Origin: Gelidibacter sp.
GTDB taxonomy: Bacteria > Bacteroidota > Bacteroidia > Flavobacteriales > Flavobacteriaceae
Length of the DNA: 35,266 nucleotides
NCBI GenBank assembly: GCA_039935255.1
Contig: JBDTKP010000084.1
Span: 1 to 35,266 of the forward strand
Direction: 5' to 3'
This document shows positions 29,028 to 35,266 of this stretch, in pieces; the first letter of the stretch is position 1; each line of letters starts with the position of its first letter. The notes beneath the pieces are model-generated. The model was not told the origin of the DNA. It saw only the letters and a program-made list of their open reading frames with translations, and searched no databases. A program made the position numbers and the translations under genes.

Positions 29028-29663
29028 ATGGCACAATCAAGAGTAAGAAAAAGAATAATGATCATGACTTATGGCCTAGGTGCCGCAGTAGTAATCCTAG
29101 GTGCACTATTTAAAATCATGCACTGGCCTTTCGGTAACGAAATGTTGATCATTGGTTTAGTCACAGAGGCTTGTGTCTTCGGTATATCCGCATTCGAACC
29201 AATTGATGACGATTTGGACTGGTCGTTAGTATACCCTGAATTAGCAGGAGGTCTTACATTAAACAACAACAAGAAAGAACAGCCTAAAGATGCTGAAGGT
29301 CTTTTATCTAAAAAGTTAGATGAATTACTTAAAGACGCAAAAATTGATGGCGAATTAATGGCCAGTTTAGGGAATAGTATTAAAAACTTTGAAGGTGCTG
29401 CAAAAGGAATCAGTCCTACAGTAGACTCTATGGCCGCTACTAGAAAGTACGGTGAAGAAATGTCATTGGCCGCTGCGCAAATGGAATCATTAAATAGTCT
29501 TTATAAAGTGCAGATGGAATCAGCAAGTCGCCAAACAGCGATCAACGAAGAGGCTGTTGAAAATGCAACGAAGCTTAAAGATCAAATGCAATCATTGGCT
29601 TCGAATTTATCATCATTAAATGGTGTTTACGGAGGTATGCTTTCTGCAATGAACAGAAACTAA
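29028..29663 (+). CDS. gldL: T9SS/gliding motor subunit GldL
   Basis: YGLGAAVVILGALFKIMHW, TEA..FEP, WSLVYPEL, LNGVYGGML. Confidence 0.97.
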   Translation: MAQSRVRKRIMIMTYGLGAAVVILGALFKIMHWPFGNEMLIIGLVTEACVFGISAFEPIDDDLDWSLVYPELAGGLTLNNNKKEQPKDAEGLLSKKLDELLKDAKIDGELMASLGNSIKNFEGAAKGISPTVDSMAATRKYGEEMSLAAAQMESLNSLYKVQMESASRQTAINEEAVENATKLKDQMQSLASNLSSLNGVYGGMLSAMNRN

Positions 29664-29704
29664 TTAGTAGAATTTAATAAATCAACCACTAAAACTAATT
29701 AGAA

Positions 29705-31243
29705 ATGGCAGGAGGAAAATTATCCCCAAGACAAAAAATGATTAACCTTATGTATTTGGTGTTTATCGCAATGATGGCACTTAATATGTCTAAAGAAGTG
29801 CTCTCAGCATTTGGGTTAATGAACGAAAGAATCACTGACTCCAACGAGTCGGCAACGGTTCGTAATGCGGCATTTATGCAAGGATTAGCAGCAAAGGTTG
29901 AAGAACAACCAGCTAAATACCAACCTATAAAGGCTAAAGCAGATCAGATCAATCAACTTTCATCAAATTTTAACACCTATTTAGAAGGAGTTAAAAGTGG
30001 AATGTTGAAAACTGTTAAGGATCCAACCAAATATGAGGAGATGGATAGAACCGATTACCTTGATGAAAAATGGTTCAGCGGTGACAACAAGACCAAACAA
30101 GGCGAGGAGTTTTTAGCGAACATTAAAACTTACCGAGAAGGTGTGATCCAAGTATTGGGCGACGGTAATAAAGATATCCAAGCTGATGTTGTTAAAAAAT
30201 TCACAACCGCTGATGTCAAAACAACTGAAGGTATTACTAAAGAATGGTTAAACTATCATTTTGTAGGCTTTCCAATGATAGCGTCGTTAACAAAGCTTAC
30301 ACAAATGCAAGCCGATGTTAAAACGATAGAGTCTGAAGTGTTATCTTCCATGTTGGCTGGTGAGCAGGTAAAGCAATTGTCTATGAGAAATTATACCGCA
30401 ATTGTAATTCCTGAGAAAACGGCATTCTTTAGTGGTGAGAACTTCAAAGGAAAAGTTGTTCTAGGTCGTTTTGACAATACCCTTAATTTTGAAAAAATTA
30501 TTATTAATGGTAAGGAAGTGGAGAATACGCAAGCTGGACAAGTGGTGCTCGATTTCCCTGCAGGTGCTGTAGGTGAGCGTGAAATTAAAGGTGTTTTGCA
30601 ATTTAAAGAAGGTGACGAAATAGTTGATATTGATATCACTACTACTTACGCTGTAGTTCCTAAACCAAACTCAGCCACTATATCAGCAGATAAAATGAAC
30701 GTGGTATACCGTGGTGTACCTAACCCAATGACTATTTCTTTTGCAGGTGTTTCAGATAATAACGTAAATGCGTCTGCTCCAGGATTGTCTAAAGGTTCAG
30801 GTGTAGGTAAGTACACGATGAATCCAGGTTCGGGTAAAGATGTGACGATTAGCGTTACAGGGACACTTCCTGATGGGTCAAAGGTGAGCGACAAATCAAC
30901 CTTTAGAATCAAGGATATTCCTAAGCCAGCAGGTACCATTGCAGGGCAACCTGATAATGTGAGTTTACCAAAGAATAACATAGAGATAGCTACCGTTGCT
31001 GCCAAATTATTTGATTTCGATTTTGATTTAGATATTACTGTGACGTCATTTAAAATTAAAGTTCCTGGTCAACCAACGGTTACTGTGAACGGAAATAGAA
31101 TGAATGACCAGGCAAAAAACGCTTTACGTAAAGCCACAAGAGGTGACGCCGTACAGATTTTTGAAATCAAATCTCAAATCAAAGGAAACACCAGCATCAA
31201 ATTGCTACCAGCATCACCAGTATTTATAGAAATTTCAAACTAG
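29705..31243 (+). CDS. gldM: T9SS/gliding motor subunit GldM
   Basis: SPRQKMINLMYLVFIAMMALN, ISADKMNVVYRG. Confidence 0.97.
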   Translation: MAGGKLSPRQKMINLMYLVFIAMMALNMSKEVLSAFGLMNERITDSNESATVRNAAFMQGLAAKVEEQPAKYQPIKAKADQINQLSSNFNTYLEGVKSGMLKTVKDPTKYEEMDRTDYLDEKWFSGDNKTKQGEEFLANIKTYREGVIQVLGDGNKDIQADVVKKFTTADVKTTEGITKEWLNYHFVGFPMIASLTKLTQMQADVKTIESEVLSSMLAGEQVKQLSMRNYTAIVIPEKTAFFSGENFKGKVVLGRFDNTLNFEKIIINGKEVENTQAGQVVLDFPAGAVGEREIKGVLQFKEGDEIVDIDITTTYAVVPKPNSATISADKMNVVYRGVPNPMTISFAGVSDNNVNASAPGLSKGSGVGKYTMNPGSGKDVTISVTGTLPDGSKVSDKSTFRIKDIPKPAGTIAGQPDNVSLPKNNIEIATVAAKLFDFDFDLDITVTSFKIKVPGQPTVTVNGNRMNDQAKNALRKATRGDAVQIFEIKSQIKGNTSIKLLPASPVFIEISN

Positions 31244-31313
31244 CATAATAATGCTATTATGGTTACGTTTATAATAATAGTGTAGGTAATGTCCCAAATA
31301 ATAAAATAAAAAT

Positions 31314-32213
31314 ATGAAATTGAAATATTGTTTATTAACCGTTTTAAGTATTGGCTTCGCCGTGAGTTCATTTGGACAAGCAAACTTGCTCAATTCGAAA
31401 ACACCCCAAGAAATTGGTGTAAAATCTGATGCCCAAAAGGCTATGGATAACGACAGACCGCTTGAATATGGTTATGTTGATGATAGAGACATCATGTTTT
31501 CAAAAATGACCTGGGAAAAAATCATCCTTGATGAGCGTGTTAACTTTCCTTTATATTATCCTATTGATACCAATAATATTGGTGTGAACAGACGTTCTTT
31601 ATTTGACGTTTTATGGAAAAATGTAAGAGATGGAAAAATAGAAAACGTTTACGATGATTCTTATTTTACCGCTAAACGTCAACCAAAGGATATTCAAGCA
31701 ATTATGTCAAAGACTGACACTTTGGATATTGGATACCAACAATACAACTCCGATGGTTTTGTATCTCCTGAATATATTATGAAAAGAGATATTCAGTCAT
31801 ATGACATCAGTGCCTACTTAATAAAAGGACTGTGGTATTTTGATAAACGTCAAGGCGAACTAAAATACAGACTTTTAGGGATTGCACCAGCTGCTCCAGA
31901 CGTTAACTTTATTGATGCTGAAGGCGAAGCTAATAAGGAGCCTATTGCCTTGTTCTGGGTATTTTATCCTGAAGTAAGAGATGTATTGCACGAAGCCAAG
32001 GCTTTTAATGCTCAAAATAGTGCAATGCCTTTTTCATATGACCATTTATTGAACTCAAGACGATTCAATTCCTATATGTATAAGGAAGAGAATGTTTTTG
32101 GAGATAGGGAGGTTAAGGAATACATTGCTGAAAATTCTTTAATGCAACTTTTGGAATCTGATCGTATCAAAGAAAAGATTCGTGATTTTGAACAAGACAT
32201 GTGGGCCTATTAG
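31314..32213 (+). CDS. gldN: T9SS/gliding ring protein GldN
   Basis: NFPLYYP, WYFDKRQGELKYRLLGI, LFWVFYP, C-terminal FEQDMW. Confidence 0.96.
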   Translation: MKLKYCLLTVLSIGFAVSSFGQANLLNSKTPQEIGVKSDAQKAMDNDRPLEYGYVDDRDIMFSKMTWEKIILDERVNFPLYYPIDTNNIGVNRRSLFDVLWKNVRDGKIENVYDDSYFTAKRQPKDIQAIMSKTDTLDIGYQQYNSDGFVSPEYIMKRDIQSYDISAYLIKGLWYFDKRQGELKYRLLGIAPAAPDVNFIDAEGEANKEPIALFWVFYPEVRDVLHEAKAFNAQNSAMPFSYDHLLNSRRFNSYMYKEENVFGDREVKEYIAENSLMQLLESDRIKEKIRDFEQDMWAY

Positions 32214-32234
32214 TTAAAGATCCATTGTATAAAT

Positions 32235-32266
32235 AAAGCGCTCACTTTTAAGTGGGCGTTTTTTTT
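32235..32266 (+). terminator. gld operon terminator
   Basis: GCGCTCACT-ttta-AGTGGGCGT followed by a T-run. Confidence 0.85.
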
Positions 32267-32347
32267 GTGCACGTTTTTTACATCTTGAGTACTGTGTAAA
32301 CGTATTAAAACAATTTAAATCAGATTAAGAATAGTATTTTTGTATCT

Positions 32348-33394
32348 ATGAAAGAAGTCGATTATATCATTGTAGGTTGCGGATTGGCAGGTGTTTCTTT
32401 TTGTGAAGAATTGAGAGCACATGAAAAAACGTTTATAGTGTTTGATGATCACTCGCAACAATCTTCCATAGTAGCAGCAGGCCTGTACAATCCGGTAATT
32501 TTAAAACGATTTACTGGCGTATGGAAATCCGAAGAACAACTTCAAATGGGAATGGCTTTTTACAAGCATCTAGAAAGTTTATTAGGAATAACATTAGATT
32601 ATAAACTCCCCGTTTATAGAAGATTTGCCTCTGTTGAAGAGCAAAATGACTGGTTCAATGCTTCTGATAAACCCGCATTAGAAAACTTTCTGTCTCCAGA
32701 AGTTATTAAAAATGATAATGCTTTCATTGATGCCCCTTTTGGTTTCGGAAAAGTATTAGAAACTGGACGTATTGATACCGCGGCCTTACTAAAACACTAT
32801 AAACTCCTTTTGAAAGCAATCAATAGTTATATTGATGAGACTTTTGATTATGCTGCTTTAATGTTTCAGGAGGACATTGTAAATTATAAAAATATAAAAG
32901 CCAAATTCATTGTTTTTGCGGAAGGATTTGGAATGGTTCATAATCCATATTTTAAAAATCTCCCTCTTAATGTTGCCAAGGGTGAAGTGCTAACCATCAA
33001 AGCACCGGAATTGAAGATGGATTTTATATTGAAGTCCTCCGTTTTTGTTGTTCCTGAAAGTGGCGATCTTTATTCGGTTGGAGCTACCTACAATTGGGAA
33101 GATAAAACCAATAATACCACAGAAGAAGCCAAAATCGAGCTGTTGGATAAACTAAAAGGATTTATCAGTTGTGACTATGAGGTGATCAATCAGGTGGCAG
33201 GAATACGTCCTACGGTAAAGGACAGAAGACCTCTTGTGGGAACACATCCAAATCACAAAAATATGGCCATCTTAAATGGTTTGGGAACCCGTGGCGTAAT
33301 GATTGGGCCATATGTCGCTAAACAGTTATTTTTACATTTAGAAAATAGCTTACCTCTGGAACCTGAAATAGATATCAAACGTTTCCAGTCTTGA
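32348..33394 (+). CDS. FAD-dependent oxidoreductase (DAO/glycine oxidase-like)
   Basis: IIVGCGLAG, AAGLYNP, KGEVL, AGIRPT, NGLGTRG. Confidence 0.88.
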   Translation: MKEVDYIIVGCGLAGVSFCEELRAHEKTFIVFDDHSQQSSIVAAGLYNPVILKRFTGVWKSEEQLQMGMAFYKHLESLLGITLDYKLPVYRRFASVEEQNDWFNASDKPALENFLSPEVIKNDNAFIDAPFGFGKVLETGRIDTAALLKHYKLLLKAINSYIDETFDYAALMFQEDIVNYKNIKAKFIVFAEGFGMVHNPYFKNLPLNVAKGEVLTIKAPELKMDFILKSSVFVVPESGDLYSVGATYNWEDKTNNTTEEAKIELLDKLKGFISCDYEVINQVAGIRPTVKDRRPLVGTHPNHKNMAILNGLGTRGVMIGPYVAKQLFLHLENSLPLEPEIDIKRFQS

Positions 33395-33442
33395 AACTTC
33401 TTTAAATTTTTGATAAAGATGTCGAAAAGTGAAACTAATCGA

Positions 33443-33838
33443 CTATTGTTTGACTTTTTTTTCAGCCAACCTCTTATCATAGTGGATAAATAAGTTGATC
33501 CAAATAGTCCTGGACACACGCATAATAATTGGCAGAAAAACGACGAGTGTCGCGGTAATGACAATAAAGGCAGTGGTTAAGGTTGAACTAAAAATAAAAT
33601 AACTTACCACAAAGGCCGCCACTGCAAAGGCAATGCCTACGCCATAGCTGACGTACATTGATCCGAAAAAGAACGATGGTTCCAAGCGGTATTTGGTATT
33701 ACAATTTGAACATTTTTCACCGATTTTCAAGGTGTCCATCAGCGCATATGGGTTGGGATTGGTATACATAGATTCTTCATGGCACTTAGGACAAGTGCCG
33801 GTAAAAATACTATACAATTTACTTCCTTTTTTTATCAT
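33443..33838 (-). CDS. DUF983-like protein (Zn-ribbon plus two TMs)
   Basis: CPKC..CSNC, EPSFFFGSMYVSY, two TM segments. Confidence 0.8.
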   Translation of the reverse strand: MIKKGSKLYSIFTGTCPKCHEESMYTNPNPYALMDTLKIGEKCSNCNTKYRLEPSFFFGSMYVSYGVGIAFAVAAFVVSYFIFSSTLTTAFIVITATLVVFLPIIMRVSRTIWINLFIHYDKRLAEKKVKQ

Positions 33839-33921
33839 GGTTTTTGATTACTTTTGCATTCTCAAATAAAAACAAAATTAAGATTTTTAAAATCAATGTT
33901 TTGTAACAATACTCACAAATA

Positions 33922-35266
33922 ATGCTCAACATACATAATCTTTCTATTTCTTTTCAGGGCGAATACCTTTTTGAAGATATCACTTTCAGACTCGGCGCTG
34001 GCGACAGAATCGGTCTTATCGGAAAAAACGGTGCAGGTAAATCTACCATGCTCAAAATCCTTTCTAAAGAAATGGAACCGGATACCGGACAAATTGCGGC
34101 CGACAAAAATTTGAGCATTGGTTTTCTAAAGCAAGATATCGATTTTGTTTTGGGCAGGACCGTACTTGAAGAAGCTTACGAAGCCTTCAAGGAAATCAAG
34201 GAATTAGAAGCTAGAATAGATGAGATCAACCACCAATTGGTTGAGCGCACAGACTATGAAAGTGATTTTTATCATCAACTCATGGTTGATTTGAGTGATA
34301 TTCAACACCAATATGAAATCATTGGAGGTTATAATTATCAAGGAGAAACTGAAAAAATTCTTCAAGGTTTAGGTTTTAAGCGTGAAGATTTTGACAAACT
34401 GACCGATACATTTTCCGGAGGATGGCGTATGCGTATTGAACTCGCCAAATTATTACTTCAAAACAATGACATTCTACTTTTGGATGAGCCTACCAATCAC
34501 TTGGATATCGAATCTATCATTTGGTTAGAAGGATTTTTAAAAAATTATATTGGAGCAGTGGTCATCGTATCTCATGATAAGATGTTTTTGGATAATGTAA
34601 CCAATCGTACCATTGAGATTTCATTGGGACGAATTTATGATTATAAAAAAGCTTACTCACAATATTTGGTGTTGCGCAATGAAATTAAAGGGCAACAATT
34701 AGCCTCTCAGAAAAATCAGCAAAAACAAATTGAACAAACCGAAAAGCTGATTGAGAAATTTAGAGCGAAGGCATCTAAAGCCACCATGGCGCAATCGTTG
34801 ATAAAAAAACTCGATCGTATGGATCGGATTGAAGTGGATGAGGATGATAACAGTGTGATGACTCTTAATTTTCCTGTTTCTGTTATTCCAGGTAGAGTAG
34901 TGGTGGAAGCGCATAAAATTTCTAAAAAATATGGCGACTTACAAGTCCTTAAAAATATAGATCTGAATGTTGAACGCGAGAGCAAAATTGCTTTTGTGGG
35001 TCAAAACGGACAAGGTAAATCAACTTTGGCGAAGATTATTGTGGGCGAATTAAAGCACGAAGGTCAAATGAAACTTGGTCATAATGTTCAAATCGGATAT
35101 TTCGCTCAAAATCAGGCAGAATATTTGGATGGAAGTAAAACCGTTTTGGACACCATGATTGATGCCGCCAATGAAAAAAACAGAAGTAAGGTTCGTGATA
35201 TTTTGGGGTCCTTCCTTTTTAGAGGGGATGAGGCTGAAAAGTATGTGCGCGTTCTTTCAGGTGGTG
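33922..35266 (+). CDS. ABC-F family ATPase, 3'-truncated by the window end
   Basis: Absent from the ORF track (no stop in window); reads MLNIHNLSISF..GKNGAGKST..FSGGWRMR..LLLDEPTNHLD..SHD..GQNGQGKST..LSGG, two ABC domains with no TM. Confidence 0.93.
   Translation, partial: MLNIHNLSISFQGEYLFEDITFRLGAGDRIGLIGKNGAGKSTMLKILSKEMEPDTGQIAADKNLSIGFLKQDIDFVLGRTVLEEAYEAFKEIKELEARIDEINHQLVERTDYESDFYHQLMVDLSDIQHQYEIIGGYNYQGETEKILQGLGFKREDFDKLTDTFSGGWRMRIELAKLLLQNNDILLLDEPTNHLDIESIIWLEGFLKNYIGAVVIVSHDKMFLDNVTNRTIEISLGRIYDYKKAYSQYLVLRNEIKGQQLASQKNQQKQIEQTEKLIEKFRAKASKATMAQSLIKKLDRMDRIEVDEDDNSVMTLNFPVSVIPGRVVVEAHKISKKYGDLQVLKNIDLNVERESKIAFVGQNGQGKSTLAKIIVGELKHEGQMKLGHNVQIGYFAQNQAEYLDGSKTVLDTMIDAANEKNRSKVRDILGSFLFRGDEAEKYVRVLSGG

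Noticed and set aside
27584-32213. gldKLMN as a novel system
   Set aside because: Well-characterised T9SS/gliding core in standard order

Overview
AT-rich bacterial chromosome segment, almost certainly Bacteroidota/Flavobacteriaceae (gldKLMN, XrtF pair, TAnnTTTG promoter boxes). It is mostly core genome: rodA(5' end)-mrdA-mreD-mreC-mreB and purH; miaB-sigma54 activator-lptE-TPR-secG followed by groES-groEL; topA, a ureohydrolase-fold gene, gldKLMN, an FAD oxidoreductase, a DUF983-like gene and a partial ABC-F gene. The less ordinary part (6.2-15.4 kb) has a tandem pair of MacB/FtsX-type permeases diverged mainly in the periplasmic domain, the orphan exosortase XrtF pair, a Cys-Cys-rich three-gene putative metal-handling module, REP-like palindromes and a decayed ChaN-family pseudogene. 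Best leads: (1) a candidate sigma54 circuit, with a GG-N10-GC promoter and a TGACAAAGTnnCAGT box before groES and the same box over the promoter of the operon encoding a sensor-less sigma54 activator; (2) the Cys-pair metal module; (3) a candidate structured sRNA upstream of topA; (4) the permease duplication. No rRNA, tRNA, CRISPR array or transposase was recognised. All calls are by eye and no searches were run.
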